In this document: positions 21,675 to 32,885 of the stretch, piece by piece
How positions within the stretch are numbered: position 1 is the first letter of the stretch
How the letters are laid out: every line of letters begins with the position of its first letter
NCBI GenBank assembly: GCA_965656495.1
Contig: CBFHKU010000003.1
Location: 96,001 to 160,000 of the forward strand
Direction: 5' to 3'
DNA from: Coraliomargaritaceae bacterium
GTDB lineage: Bacteria > Verrucomicrobiota > Verrucomicrobiia > Opitutales > Coraliomargaritaceae
DNA length: 64,000 nucleotides
Notes under the pieces: model-generated
Told to the model about the DNA's origin: nothing
The model's database searches: none
Seen by the model: the letters and a program-made list of their open reading frames with translations, nothing else
Translations under genes and position numbers: made by a program

Positions 21675-23685
21675 GGTTTTGCAATTTTCCGGCGCGCTCG
21701 GGGTATTGCTTGATGAATTCGAGGAAGAGGTCTTTGGCAATGGGGCCGGCGGTGGACCCGCCGTGATAGGCCTGACTTTCTTCGGTGCCTTCGACCATGA
21801 CCGCAACCGCGATTTGCGGATTCTCCACCGGAGCAAAACCAATAAACCATGCGAGGTTCACTTCTTTGCCGTGGGCGCGGAAATCGGCGGTGCCGGTTTT
21901 TCCGGCGGTGCGGAACTCGTCGATGCCGACGAGACGTCCGGTTCCATTGCGACCTGTAACACGCTCCATCCCTTGCCAAAGAAGGGCGCGCTGACGCGGG
22001 CTGAGATCGAGGGCTTCTCCACCGTGATCGACGGGCTCTCTTTCATGTGGCGCTTTGGCGAGGATGGTCGGGCGGGTGCGGGTTTCATTGCGGGCGAGCG
22101 AGGCGGTGAAGCAAGCCATCTGCAGTGGGGTTGCCAGTAGGAAGCCTTGTCCAATCGCAGTATTGGCGGTATCGCCTGGAACCCAGCCCGAACCGGTGGC
22201 CTCGCGTTTCCACTCCTTGGAGGGTACGATATTACGCTTCGTTTCATAGGGGAGTTCGATCCCGGTTTTTTGATCAAAGCCAAAACGCTGGGCTTCGGCA
22301 CTGAGCACATCAATCCCCATCGAGAGGCCTTCGGCGTAGAAGAAAACATTGCAACTGCCCTCAATCGCATCTGCCAATTGCACGTTTCCGTGACCGTTTC
22401 GGGCATGACAACGAAAGACGCGGTTACCGACGCGGTAAACCCCGCTGCAATTATGGGTCGTCTCCGGGTCAATTGAACCGTGGCGCATTCCCGCGATGGC
22501 GGTGAGGAGTTTAAAGGTGGAGCCGGGGGGGTAGGAGAGTTGAAGGGCGCGGTTTAGCCAGGCGCCTGTTTCGTTGATTTGGTCAAAGGTCGCTTGAGGG
22601 ATGAAAGGACTTAGGTGATTTTGATTGTAGGTGGGATGACTGGCGAGGGCGAGGACTTCCCCGGTGTGAATGTCGAGGGCGACCGCCGCTCCGGCGCGCT
22701 CTCCAAGAGCGGTTTCAGCAGCGCGCTGCAGGTCGATATCAATACTGATATTGAGCGATTGCCCTTGTTGCGGCGCATTGAGTTCGAGGCGGGTATCCTG
22801 AAAACCAAGGGGGTCCACGCGCCAGAGTTCGCGTCCGGTGGTCCCGGTCAGTTCGTCATTGAAATAGGCCTCAAGGCCGGAACGCCCGACTTTTTTCTGA
22901 AAGGCAAAGGTCTTGATGCCGTCATTTGGGAATTCTTCGGGCGCGAGATTTTTATTTTGGACGTAGCCCAAGAGATGGGCGGCGAGCTCGCGGTAGGGGT
23001 AGTAGCGGGCTGTATCGGTATGTATTTGGATGGGGGAACCGGGCGGGGGCGGTATTTGTTCAACCAGTTGGGCGTATTGGTTGGGGGTCAGGTCCCGGAC
23101 AAGAGGCAGGGGCAGAAGGAGGTTTTCGTTAAAGTGGCGGATAAGGCGGCTTTCACTGAGGGTGTCCTCGCGCCCGGTGATCGCATTGATCTGATCGAGG
23201 TATTTCTGGATGACTTCCTGTCGTGCCTGCCATTGAAGTTTATTGTAGTCCGGGAGGGGCGGGGAATCGGGGCGTTCCTCCGGGGGCGTTTCGTTAAAGC
23301 GGTCATTGATTTCGGCGCGTGCCTCCTTGAAGAGTTTGGAATAGCGGGAGCGAAACTCCGGGCGCAAATCATCGAGATAGACAACTGCGGAGTAATGGGG
23401 GCGGTTTCCAACAAGGAGTCGGCCACGGCGGTCATAGACGTCGCCCCGGGGGCCCGGTTTTAAAATACGGCGTTCGGTTTGGCGTTTTTCGATGACTTCG
23501 TAGGCGTCGCGGTCAATGAGTTGTCGCCACGCCAGGCCCAAGATCAGGATGGCGGTGAGGGCGAAGGTCAGCCAAACGAAGAAGAGGATGCGCGGGTTTT
23601 CCCCCTTGTGATGATCCAGCGGTTCCATTTCCGGTTTAACGAATGGGGAGGCCCTCCGGTTCAGGGTCGAGGCGGAAGAATGCAA
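21652..23685 (-). CDS. mrdA: Penicillin-binding protein 2
   Basis: [16 protein letters not shown] (SxxK), SCN (SxN) and GKTGT; lies in the mre cluster; start uncertain. Confidence 0.93.
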
Positions 23686-24166
23686 TCAGCATGCGTTGGA
23701 AGCGAAAAAACCATGCTGTGATTAACAAGAGAGCGAGGCTTGAGCTCAAGATGACGAGGGCGGTTTGTATCCATAAATCCAATACAAAATAACTTCCGGC
23801 GCCTTTGGTGAGTGTCAGGGCCAGAATCACGCCAATGTTGAAAAATTGGGTAAGAATGAAGGGATGATAGCTCTGTTCTGCGCGGAGGCGGTGTCGCAGT
23901 AAGCCGGTGAGGGTTCCGGCTAGGAGAAAGAGGGCGGTGAAAAACCCGAAAGGCACGGGGCAGGCGGCGTCGATCCAGAGGCCGGAGAGGAGTATGCAGA
24001 TAAATGCGGAAGGTGGTTTCAGGTAAAGGGCGGGCATGACCGGCATTGGACCCAAGAGGAGGAGGTAGATTCCGAGGCTCGCAAGGCTACTGTTTGCGAG
24101 TTGAGCCAGATAAAAGAAGAGGATGTTGGCCCCAAGAAAAATAAAGGCGCGGGAATCAATCAACAT
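23636..24166 (-). CDS. mreD: Membrane protein at the MreD position
   Basis: About five TM helices; located between mreC and mrdA; identity based mainly on synteny. Confidence 0.6.
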   Translation of the reverse strand: MLIDSRAFIFLGANILFFYLAQLANSSLASLGIYLLLLGPMPVMPALYLKPPSAFICILLSGLWIDAACPVPFGFFTALFLLAGTLTGLLRHRLRAEQSYHPFILTQFFNIGVILALTLTKGAGSYFVLDLWIQTALVILSSSLALLLITAWFFRFQRMLIAFFRLDPEPEGLPIR

Positions 24167-25007
24167 GGCTTGATACCTCCGTTGCGAGTAGTGGGATAAG
24201 GACCGTGACTTCCTTGAGCTCGTGCAGACGATCATCGAGTTCAACTGCCCCGGTTTGGAAGATGCCGGTGCTACCGGGCGCTAACCAAGGGACCGTACCA
24301 ATTTTAAGTCCGGCGGGAAAGGTTCCGCCCAGATGGGTCGAGACAAGGCTGAGGGGGCTGCGGCTGGTAGTGAGGAGATCCTGCGGGACATCGCTGACTT
24401 CACCACGGGGCGAGGCAAAGCCCGACTGAATGCGCCCTTGATAGACCACCGGGCGGGAGTCGCCCTCAAAGCTGGCGGCCATGCGGAAGCGCGGGCTCGT
24501 GACGAGTTCGACCCGGCTGGTGTAAGCGTAGACTTCCACAACCCGGCCCACGACCCCGCCGGAAAAAATAACGGCAGCCCCTACCGGGATTTGGTAATCG
24601 CGGCCCTTGCGAATGAGGAGGTGCTGCCACCAGGCATTGAGGTCGCGCCGAATGACGCGTGCGACTTCATGGTGAAATGCCTGCTGCGGGGGGAGGTCGA
24701 GGAGGTTTTCGAGGCGCTCGATTTCTTCTTCGAGGGTTTGGTATCGCTGTGCGATGACGTGATAGCGGGCGTTGGTACGGGCGAGGTCACGACCTGCCTC
24801 GAGGAGGTCGATTTTTGAATGGTTACGCGCGGCCCAGAAATCGGAGAGTTGGTCGATTTTTGTGGTGACGAGCCAAGCGGGGGCATGGAACTCCGCGAAA
24901 CTCAAACGGGTGAAACTTTTAACAGAGGCGGGAAGGATCCACCAAAAGAGTAGAAAGGCGGCAAGGGCGACCAGCGGCTTGATTTTCTCAAGGCGGAGTT
25001 TCGCCAC
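24156..25007 (-). CDS. mreC: Rod shape-determining protein MreC
   Basis: N-terminal TM and coiled coil; ARVIRR...LLIRKG, GVVGRVVEV....SRVELV and GGTFPAGLKIGTV. Confidence 0.92.
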   Translation of the reverse strand: MAKLRLEKIKPLVALAAFLLFWWILPASVKSFTRLSFAEFHAPAWLVTTKIDQLSDFWAARNHSKIDLLEAGRDLARTNARYHVIAQRYQTLEEEIERLENLLDLPPQQAFHHEVARVIRRDLNAWWQHLLIRKGRDYQIPVGAAVIFSGGVVGRVVEVYAYTSRVELVTSPRFRMAASFEGDSRPVVYQGRIQSGFASPRGEVSDVPQDLLTTSRSPLSLVSTHLGGTFPAGLKIGTVPWLAPGSTGIFQTGAVELDDRLHELKEVTVLIPLLATEVSSHVD

Positions 25008-25016
25008 GGCGGGAGA

Positions 25017-26039
25017 TTAGTTCTTGGGGTTACCCGCGAGGTCTTTCAAAAGAAAGGCCAATTCCTGGAGGACGAGACCGGTGCCATTGGCAACCGCACT
25101 GAGGGGATCGTCTGCAATGATGACGGGCAGGCCGGTGGCATCACTGAGTTGCTGGTCGAGGCCGCGAATCATGGCGCCGCCGCCCGCAAGGACGAAACCG
25201 CGGTTAACGAGATCAGCGGAAAGTTCCGGCGGGCACCGCTCAAGGGCGTTGCGAACGAGTTCCACAATCGAAGCGATGGTATCGGCGAGCGCTTCGCGAA
25301 TTTCAACGGAGGTGATGGAAATGGTCTTGGGCAGGCCCGCAACAGAATCGCGTCCGCGCACCTCCATAGAGATTTCCTCTTCGAGCTTAAAGGCGGACCC
25401 CGCCCGGATCTTGATCTCTTCGGCGGTTCGTTCGCCGATCATGAGATTGTAGGCGCGTTTCAGGTAATTGACGATGGCGTTGTCGATTTCATCGCCACCG
25501 ACGCGGATGCTCTTGGTGTAGACGACCCCGGCAAGGGAAATGATAGCGACTTCGGTGGTGCCGCCGCCGATATCAACAATCATGTTGGCGGCGGGTTCGT
25601 CGATCGGGAGCCCCACGCCGATTGCGGCGGCCATCGGTTCTTCGATGAGGACAACATCGCGTGCGCCCGCCCGGATGGCGGAATCTTTAACAGCGCGTCG
25701 CTCGACTTCGGTAATCCCGGAGGGAACGGCAACCACGATGCGGGGTGCAATGAAAGTTTTTTTGCGGTTCACCTTGTTGATGAAATAACGGAGCATCGCT
25801 TCCGTGATCTCAAAGTCTGCAATCACGCCGTCCTTCATGGGGCGAATCGCGGTGATGTTGCCAGGGGTGCGGCCCAACATTTTTTTCGCTTCTGAACCAA
25901 CCGCGCAGACTTTTTTGGTGGAGGTATAGACCGCTACCACGCTCGGTTCGCTCAACACAATACCTTTATCCTTGGCGAAAACGAGGGTATTCGCGGTTCC
26001 GAGGTCAATGCCGATGTCGTTGGAGAGAAGTCCTAGCAC
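25017..26039 (-). CDS. mreB: Rod shape-determining protein MreB
   Basis: [39 protein letters not shown] and IGERTAE motifs. Confidence 0.98.
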   Translation of the reverse strand: MLGLLSNDIGIDLGTANTLVFAKDKGIVLSEPSVVAVYTSTKKVCAVGSEAKKMLGRTPGNITAIRPMKDGVIADFEITEAMLRYFINKVNRKKTFIAPRIVVAVPSGITEVERRAVKDSAIRAGARDVVLIEEPMAAAIGVGLPIDEPAANMIVDIGGGTTEVAIISLAGVVYTKSIRVGGDEIDNAIVNYLKRAYNLMIGERTAEEIKIRAGSAFKLEEEISMEVRGRDSVAGLPKTISITSVEIREALADTIASIVELVRNALERCPPELSADLVNRGFVLAGGGAMIRGLDQQLSDATGLPVIIADDPLSAVANGTGLVLQELAFLLKDLAGNPKN

Positions 26040-26136
26040 GTTGATAAAAAATAAAGTGTTTTCCGCAATGAGCGTTTAAACAGGGTAATTTTTTCCAGTA
26101 AAAAAATATAAAGTCAAATTATAACGAAGCGGGCGT

Positions 26137-26640
26137 TCAGTCGCGGTTGACCTGATTGCGCAGGAAGGAAATGACATCCTCGAATTGGGCGGCGTTCTCA
26201 TTATTGGCGGCAACGAGGTTTTCATGCGCTTCAAGGACTTTGCGGGCGTCCGCAATTTCCTGGTTATTGAGCTGGGTATATTCGGTTTCTGCATCGCAGG
26301 TGCTACACAAGTCGCTGTCAATGCTGAGCAAGGTATGGAGGCCGAGGTTATTGAGGAGCTCATTGATGTTGGAACTGAGGTTGCAGAGCAGGAGGGTGCC
26401 ATTGGGTTCCTTATCGCGCAGCTCAATGGCCAGACCCGCCAGGATTCCCAAAAAGGTGGAATCCATCCCGCGGCAGTCCTCCAAATCAAAGACAAAGCGG
26501 CGGTGCCCCTGCTCTAACATGCGATCAATAAAATCCCGGAAGTTCCCGCAATTGAGATAGTTGGCCTTTCCTAAAATACGCACCGTTACATGCTCATCTT
26601 GTGGACAAACAAGGAAGGTGGGCTGTTGTGGATCGCTCAT
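26137..26640 (-). CDS. STAS-domain anti-sigma factor antagonist-like protein
   Basis: FVFDLEDCRGMDSTFLGILAG and LLNNLGL motifs. Confidence 0.85.
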   Translation of the reverse strand: MSDPQQPTFLVCPQDEHVTVRILGKANYLNCGNFRDFIDRMLEQGHRRFVFDLEDCRGMDSTFLGILAGLAIELRDKEPNGTLLLCNLSSNINELLNNLGLHTLLSIDSDLCSTCDAETEYTQLNNQEIADARKVLEAHENLVAANNENAAQFEDVISFLRNQVNRD

Positions 26641-26659
26641 CGCTGTTGCTTGGCGTGGC

Positions 26660-29404
26660 TCAGGATGCCGCAATGATGTCGCGCAGGACATACGGCAAAA
26701 TTCCGCGGTGCCGGTAGTAATCAATCTCGATGTTGGTATCGATACGGAGGATTAAATCGACCGACTCCGTGCTTCCGTCGGGGCGTTGGATGGTGAGCGG
26801 TAGGGTCTGACCCGGCTTGACGGAATCACTGAGACCATTGATAGAGAAAGTTTCCTCGCCGGAGAGGCTCAGGGTGGAGTCATCAACGCCTTCTGGGAAC
26901 TGGAGCGGCAGGACGCCCATCCCGATGAGATTGCTGCGGTGAATGCGTTCAAAGCTTTTGGCAACCACCGCTCGAACTCCGAGGAGGGCGGTACCCTTGG
27001 CGGCCCAGTCGCGCGAACTACCCATGCCGTAATCTTCACCTGCGATCACGATGAGTCCCTCGCCGCGCTCGCGGTAGGTTTGGCAGGCGTCGTGAATATC
27101 CATGGGGGTGGCTTCGGGCATGAGCTTCGTGAAGCCGCCCTCCTTGCCGTCTGCCATTTTATTTTTAAAGCGTACATTGGCAAAGGTGCCACGGGTCATG
27201 ATGCGGTCGTTGCCGCGCCGGGAGCCGAAACTATTAAAGTCTTTTTTATCGACGCCGCGTTCCTTGAGGTAGCGGCCTGCGGGACCTTCTTCTTTAATTG
27301 CACCAGCGGGTGAGATATGGTCGGTGGTGATGGAGTCGCCGACGATTGCAAGGGGCCGGAGGTTGTTGAGATCGGCGATGGTGCCGGGCTCGAGGCCAAA
27401 TTCTTCAAAGAAGGGGGGGCTTTGGATGTAGGTTGAATCGTGATCCCACTGGTAGTTGGCGCCGGTGCTGGATTGGACTTCGTTCCATTCAGGGTTGGCG
27501 TTGGCGAGGTCGCCGTATTTGCTCTGGAACATTTCGGGCTTGAGGCCGGAAAGGACGAGGGACTCGACTTCTTCGTTGCTGGGCCAGATGTCTTTTAAGA
27601 AAACGGGTTGCCCGTTGGAGTCGGTTCCGAGGGCTTCGTTGGAGAGGTCGATATCGACTGTTCCGGCAAGGGCGTATGCCACCACGAGGGGTGGGGACAT
27701 CAGGAAATTGGATTTGATGGCACCGTGCACGCGGGCCTCGAAATTACGGTTCCCGGAAAGGACGGAGGCACCGACGAGTTCGCCTTCCTTGAGGGCGGCT
27801 TCGATGGCGGGGTCGAGGGGGCCGGAGTTGCCGATACAGGTGGTGCAGCCATAACCGACGAGATTGAAACCAAGGGCGTCGAGGTCTTCCTGTAGCTCGG
27901 TGGCCTCGAGGTAATCGGTAACGACGCGGGAGCCGGGGCCGAGCGAAGTTTTGACAAGGGGATTGATTTTGAGGCCTTTCGCGCGGGCTTTACGCGCCAC
28001 GAGTCCGGCGGCAATCATAACCGAGGGGTTGGAGGTGTTGGTGCAACTCGTGATGGCGGCGATGAGAACCTGACCATGTGCAATCTCGGGGAGGGTCTCC
28101 TCTGCCACTGCTGCAGGGCTTGTTCCGGCGTCGCGCCCGCCCGCTGCAACCGGTGCGGCGACGCGGACTTTTTTGTCGCGGTCTGCGGCAGGCACGCCAA
28201 AGCCGCCTTCGGCGACGGGCATATCCATGAGTTGGCGGAAGCGCTCGCGCAGGGCGGGGACTTCGATGCGATCCTGCGGGCGTTTGGGTCCGGCGACGCA
28301 GGGGACAATGTCGCTGATGTCGAGGTCAAGGGATTTGGTGTATTCGATTTCCCCGGCACGCGGGATGCCGAATAAACCTTGAGCGCTGTAGTATTCCTTG
28401 ACGCGCTGGATATCGGCTTCGCTGCGCCCGGTGAGGCGGAGGTAATCGAGGGATTTTTCGTCAACGGGGAAGAAACCCATGGTGGCGCCGTATTCCGGGG
28501 CCATATTGGCAACGGTGGCGCGGTCGGCGAGGCTGAGGCGGGCGGCGCCTTCGCCGTAGAATTCGACGAACTTCCCGACGACCTTCTCGCTGCGGAGCAT
28601 TTCGGTGATGCGGAGGGTGAGGTCGGTGGCGGTGGCTCCTTCGGGGAGTTCGCCGGTGAGGTGAACGCCGATGACCTCCGGAGTTTTGAAATAGATGGGT
28701 TGTCCGAGCATTCCAGACTCGGCTTCGATGCCGCCGACGCCCCAACCGACGATACCGAGACCGTTAATCATGGTGGTATGGGAATCGGTACCCACGAGGG
28801 TGTCGGGGTAAAGGAGGCCGTCCTTTTCAAAGACGACGCGGGCGAGATACTCGAGGTTGACCTGGTGGACAATTCCAATGGCGGGCGGGACGACGCTGAA
28901 TGTTTCAAAGGCCTGCTGACCCCACTTGAGGAATTGATAACGTTCCTTGTTGCGGGCAAATTCGATTTTCAGGTTTTCGAGGAAGGCGTTGGCGGAACCG
29001 GAGCGGTCGACTTGGACGGAGTGATCGACTACGAGGTCGACGGGCACGAGGGGTTCGATCTTGGCGGGGTCGGAACCAATCGCTTGAACGGCGTCGCGCA
29101 TCGCGGCGAGGTCCACCAAGAGGGGGACTCCGGTGAAGTCCTGCAGCACCACCCGGGAAACGACGAAGGGGATTTCCTTGTTGCCGACCTCGCGCGGGTT
29201 CCATTGGGCAAGGGCTTCAACGTCTTCTTTTACAATGCGTTTGCCGTCGCAATTCCGAAGCACGGACTCTAGTACGATCCGAATGCTGACGGGCAATTTG
29301 GCAATGCCTTCAAACCCGGCCTGACTTTGCAGGGCGGGCAGGCTGTAGTAATGCTTGCCGTTGAGTTCTTGGAGGACGTTAAAGGGATCATTCATGCGAG
29401 GCAC
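26660..29404 (-). CDS. acnA: Aconitate hydratase A
   Basis: [53 protein letters not shown] and [10 protein letters not shown] motifs. Confidence 0.98.
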   Translation of the reverse strand: MPRMNDPFNVLQELNGKHYYSLPALQSQAGFEGIAKLPVSIRIVLESVLRNCDGKRIVKEDVEALAQWNPREVGNKEIPFVVSRVVLQDFTGVPLLVDLAAMRDAVQAIGSDPAKIEPLVPVDLVVDHSVQVDRSGSANAFLENLKIEFARNKERYQFLKWGQQAFETFSVVPPAIGIVHQVNLEYLARVVFEKDGLLYPDTLVGTDSHTTMINGLGIVGWGVGGIEAESGMLGQPIYFKTPEVIGVHLTGELPEGATATDLTLRITEMLRSEKVVGKFVEFYGEGAARLSLADRATVANMAPEYGATMGFFPVDEKSLDYLRLTGRSEADIQRVKEYYSAQGLFGIPRAGEIEYTKSLDLDISDIVPCVAGPKRPQDRIEVPALRERFRQLMDMPVAEGGFGVPAADRDKKVRVAAPVAAGGRDAGTSPAAVAEETLPEIAHGQVLIAAITSCTNTSNPSVMIAAGLVARKARAKGLKINPLVKTSLGPGSRVVTDYLEATELQEDLDALGFNLVGYGCTTCIGNSGPLDPAIEAALKEGELVGASVLSGNRNFEARVHGAIKSNFLMSPPLVVAYALAGTVDIDLSNEALGTDSNGQPVFLKDIWPSNEEVESLVLSGLKPEMFQSKYGDLANANPEWNEVQSSTGANYQWDHDSTYIQSPPFFEEFGLEPGTIADLNNLRPLAIVGDSITTDHISPAGAIKEEGPAGRYLKERGVDKKDFNSFGSRRGNDRIMTRGTFANVRFKNKMADGKEGGFTKLMPEATPMDIHDACQTYRERGEGLIVIAGEDYGMGSSRDWAAKGTALLGVRAVVAKSFERIHRSNLIGMGVLPLQFPEGVDDSTLSLSGEETFSINGLSDSVKPGQTLPLTIQRPDGSTESVDLILRIDTNIEIDYYRHRGILPYVLRDIIAAS

Positions 29405-29452
29405 CTCATTATGTATCGGTTCTTTTTCCCGAGAAGTTATCAGTTGTGGTTG

Positions 29453-29926
29453 CTAGGATTTAAGAGCGGCTTTGATGGCGTCAAAGTCAGGAAGTTGTTT
29501 TGGGTCATCGGAAGATTCGGCATAGATAATTGTACCGTTTTCATCGACGACAAAAGCAGAGCGTTTCGCTACACCTTTGAAGCCGAGCAAGTCTGGATAC
29601 AGCACATCGTATGCCGCCGCGACTTCTTTGTTGAAATCACTGAGCAGGGGGAATTTCAGGGCATCCACTTCTGCCATTTTTTCGAGGGTAAAGGGGCTAT
29701 CGACCGAGATGCCGTAGACCGCGGCATTGAGGTCCGCGTAGTCTTGAATGCCGGAGCTGACGGAGCACATTTCCTCCATGCATACACTGGTAAAGGCAAG
29801 GGGGAAGAAGAGGAGGACCGTCTTTTGCTTGCCGTAATTATCGGAGAGGCGCACATCGTGGAGGCCTTCGGCGTTTTTGGTTTTAAGGGTGAAGTCCGGT
29901 GCGGAGGAGTTGGATGGGAGGGCCAT
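29453..29926 (-). CDS. Peroxiredoxin (AhpC/TSA family)
   Basis: APDFTL, FFPLAFTSVC..E, GISVDS, FPLLSD and RSAFVVD motifs. Confidence 0.9.
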   Translation of the reverse strand: MALPSNSSAPDFTLKTKNAEGLHDVRLSDNYGKQKTVLLFFPLAFTSVCMEEMCSVSSGIQDYADLNAAVYGISVDSPFTLEKMAEVDALKFPLLSDFNKEVAAAYDVLYPDLLGFKGVAKRSAFVVDENGTIIYAESSDDPKQLPDFDAIKAALKS

Positions 29927-29961
29927 GTTGTATATTGCTTAGGTTGATGAGTGGGCGGAAT

Positions 29962-31143
29962 TTATCCGACTAATTTGAAGAAAATGCGTTTCCCAGCCTG
30001 AATGATAGTGGCTTCGTTGTTTCGGCTGAGGGTAAAGTTGGGGTCGTTTTGTTTTTCGCTGTCAATTTTCACGCCGCCTTGTTCGACCAAGCGACGAATC
30101 GCGCCCTTGCTCTCGAAGAGCTGAGACGCGGCCATCAGGTTGACGAGGGAGTTGCTTTCCGCGTCCGGGGAAAGCTCGCTCCAGGTGAAAGTGGGCATAT
30201 CGTCCGGCAGTTTGTTTTTTGAAAAGACCTGCTCGAATTGCTGTAATTCATGGCGTGCGATTTTCATGGAGTGAAACTGACCCACGAGGGCAGAAGCCAG
30301 GCTCTTTTTGGCGTCCATGGGATGCCCGGCTTTGAGTTTTTCAACGCGTGCTTCGTCAAACTCCAACAGGAGTTGGTAGTAGTCCCACATGGTTGCATCG
30401 GGGATGGACATGATTTTCCCAAACATTTCCTTTGGGCTGTCGGTGAAGGCGATATAGTTGTCTGCGCTCTTCGACATTTTCATGGAACCGTCGAGACCGA
30501 CCAGGAGGGGCATGGTGATGACGGATTGTTCCTGTTTGCCCGCATCTTTTTGGAGGGCGCGACCGACCAGCATGTTGAAGAGTTGGTCGGTTCCGCCGAT
30601 TTCGACGTCGGCATGGATCTTGAGGGAGTCGTAGCCCTGAATGAGTGGGTAGAGAAATTCGATAATCGAGATGGGCGTGTTGCCGGCGTAGCGTTTTGCG
30701 AAATCATCGCGCTCGAGCATTCGGGCAACGGTCATTTTGCGGGCGAGTTTGAGGCAGTCCTCGAAATTCATCGCATCAAACCACTCGCTGTTATAATAGA
30801 CGGTGGTTTTATCGCGATCCAGAACTTTGAAGGCCTGTTCCAGGTAGGTTTCGGCGTTGGACCGAATTTCTTCGCGGGTGAGTTGGGGCCGCGAGGAGGA
30901 ACGCCCGGAGGGGTCGCCGATCAGGGTCGTAAAGTCACCGATGATCAGGATCGCTTCATGACCCATCGCCTGAAATTGCCGCAATTTATTGAAGACTACA
31001 AGGTGCCCAAAGGTCAGGTCCGGGCGGGTGGGGTCAACGCCGAGCTTGATCCGGAGCGGACGGTTGCCATGGAGGCGGTCTTCCAGTTCGGATTCGCCGA
31101 TGATAGTATCGGTGTTAATGCTGATTGTTTGAATCAAACTCAT
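29962..31143 (-). CDS. tyrS: Tyrosine-tRNA ligase
   Basis: KLGVDPT, IGDFT.LIGDPSGRS, YPLIQGYDS, GGTDQLFN, KMSKS and a C-terminal S4 domain. Confidence 0.96.
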   Translation of the reverse strand: MSLIQTISINTDTIIGESELEDRLHGNRPLRIKLGVDPTRPDLTFGHLVVFNKLRQFQAMGHEAILIIGDFTTLIGDPSGRSSSRPQLTREEIRSNAETYLEQAFKVLDRDKTTVYYNSEWFDAMNFEDCLKLARKMTVARMLERDDFAKRYAGNTPISIIEFLYPLIQGYDSLKIHADVEIGGTDQLFNMLVGRALQKDAGKQEQSVITMPLLVGLDGSMKMSKSADNYIAFTDSPKEMFGKIMSIPDATMWDYYQLLLEFDEARVEKLKAGHPMDAKKSLASALVGQFHSMKIARHELQQFEQVFSKNKLPDDMPTFTWSELSPDAESNSLVNLMAASQLFESKGAIRRLVEQGGVKIDSEKQNDPNFTLSRNNEATIIQAGKRIFFKLVG

Positions 31144-31205
31144 GGCGCGTTAGGAAAGCTTTAACTAATTGCGACAAGCGCTCGCTGGGTAAAGGAAAAA
31201 CGGAG

Positions 31206-31772
31206 CTAGAGCCGCTGACGGACCGCCTCGTAGAGGCAAACGCCGGCGGAGACGGAGACGTTGAGGCAATCGACTTTACCCGCCATAGGGATGCTGACGA
31301 GATGGTCACAGTGATCGGCGGTAACCTTGCGAATGCCCCATCCCTCGCTTCCAAGGACAAAGGCGGTCGGTTGCTGGAGGTCAACCGCGTAGAGGGCTCC
31401 AGTACCCCGGTCGGAGGTGCCGACGATTTGGAGGCCCTGATCCTTGAGTTTTCGAAGGAGGGCATTGATGTTCTTGACCTTGAGGAAAGGGACTTCATCG
31501 GCGCCGCCGCAGGAAATATCGCGAACCGTATGGGTGATCCCGCAGGAACCCTTCACGGGGGCGAGAATTGCGGTAACACCCGCGCCGGAGGCGGTGCGCA
31601 TGCAGGCCCCGAGATTGTGGGGATCCTGCACGCCCTCCAAAATAAGGAGGAGCGGATTTTCGGTGCGATCCAGCAAATCAAAAAGATCATCCTCCGTTTC
31701 AAGATGCACCACGGAGGCGGATTGGGAATAACGCGGGGGGCGTTTGATTTTGTGAACGGAATTGCGACCCAT
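31206..31772 (-). CDS. TrmH/SpoU-family RNA 2'-O-methyltransferase (RlmB-like catalytic domain)
   Basis: GVQDPHNLGACMRTA, VLGSEGWG and IPMAG.V.CLNVSV motifs; short N-terminus. Confidence 0.88.
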   Translation of the reverse strand: MGRNSVHKIKRPPRYSQSASVVHLETEDDLFDLLDRTENPLLLILEGVQDPHNLGACMRTASGAGVTAILAPVKGSCGITHTVRDISCGGADEVPFLKVKNINALLRKLKDQGLQIVGTSDRGTGALYAVDLQQPTAFVLGSEGWGIRKVTADHCDHLVSIPMAGKVDCLNVSVSAGVCLYEAVRQRL

Positions 31773-31781
31773 AATGAGAAA

Positions 31782-32828
31782 CTACAAGAGCTCGGTCTGT
31801 TTTTTACTGTCGGGTTCGAGTCCGGTGAGTTGCCAGCCTTTTTCGGTTAGGACGCGGCCTTGGGCGGTGCGCTGGAGGTAACCCTCTTGGATAAGGAAGG
31901 GTTCGTGGACTTCTTCGAGGGTGTGGGCCTCTTCGCCGACTGCCACTGCCACCGTTCCGAGCCCGACCGGACCGCCGCGATAATTGGCGGCGATGACGCG
32001 CATGACCTGTTTGTCCATTTCGTCGAGTCCGTGCTGGTCGATTTCAAGGAGTTCAAGGGCGGCGGCGGCTGTTTCTTTTGTGATGATACCCTCGGCGCGT
32101 TGCTGGGCGTAATCGCGACAAAAGTTGACGAGGTTGTTCGCGATTCGGGGGGTGCCCCGGGCGCGGCGGGCGATTTCAGCGGCTCCGTCCTTCTGGTATT
32201 TCACTTCCAGGAGATCGCAACTGCGCTCCACGATACCCTGAAGGGTGGCATGGTCGTAATAGTTGAGGCGTGACTGGAGGGTGAAGCGGCTGCGCAGGGG
32301 TGCGGTGAGCAGTCCCATGCGGGTGGTTGCGCCGAGGAGGGTAAAGCGTGGGAGGTTGAGTCGTACGCTGCGGGCGTTGGGGCCCTGATCAATCATGATA
32401 TCGATGCGAAAATCCTCCATCGCGGAGTAGAGGTATTCCTCAACGGTCTTGGGTAGGCGGTGAATCTCGTCGATAAAGAGGAGGTCGCCTTCTTGAAGGT
32501 TGGTGAGCAGTCCGGCGAGGTCGGCGGGTTTATCAATGACGGGGCCGGATGTGATGCTGACCTGCTTGCCCATTTCATTACCGAGAATAAGGGAAAGGGT
32601 GGTCTTGCCCAAACCCGGGGGGCCGCTCAAGAGGATGTGGTTGAGCGGGTCGTTGCGATCCCGGGCGGCGCCGACCATGACCTTGAGGCGTTCAACCGTC
32701 TTGTCCTGTCCGGCAAAATCATCGAAGCTGAGGGGCCGAAGGGCGGCCTCGGCGGGATTTTCAGGCTCGGCGAGACTTTGTACGATGAACTCGCTTCCGG
32801 TGGGTGGATCTTCGGGTGAAAAGGGCAT
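31782..32828 (-). CDS. ruvB: Holliday junction branch migration helicase
   Basis: LRP..F..FAGQ, GPPGLGKTT, FIDEIHRL, LYSAMEDF and RGTPRIAN motifs. Confidence 0.97.
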   Translation of the reverse strand: MPFSPEDPPTGSEFIVQSLAEPENPAEAALRPLSFDDFAGQDKTVERLKVMVGAARDRNDPLNHILLSGPPGLGKTTLSLILGNEMGKQVSITSGPVIDKPADLAGLLTNLQEGDLLFIDEIHRLPKTVEEYLYSAMEDFRIDIMIDQGPNARSVRLNLPRFTLLGATTRMGLLTAPLRSRFTLQSRLNYYDHATLQGIVERSCDLLEVKYQKDGAAEIARRARGTPRIANNLVNFCRDYAQQRAEGIITKETAAAALELLEIDQHGLDEMDKQVMRVIAANYRGGPVGLGTVAVAVGEEAHTLEEVHEPFLIQEGYLQRTAQGRVLTEKGWQLTGLEPDSKKQTELL

Positions 32829-32885
32829 CTTGAGAAAGCAGTATGGCGCAGTGGAGCTGTTTTTCCATGCTGGAATAAAGTTAAT

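Noticed and set aside
31206..31772. Pseudogene of rlmB lacking the N-terminal domain
   Set aside because: The catalytic SPOUT motifs are intact and the ORF starts just after the ruvB stop, so a naturally short form is more likely.
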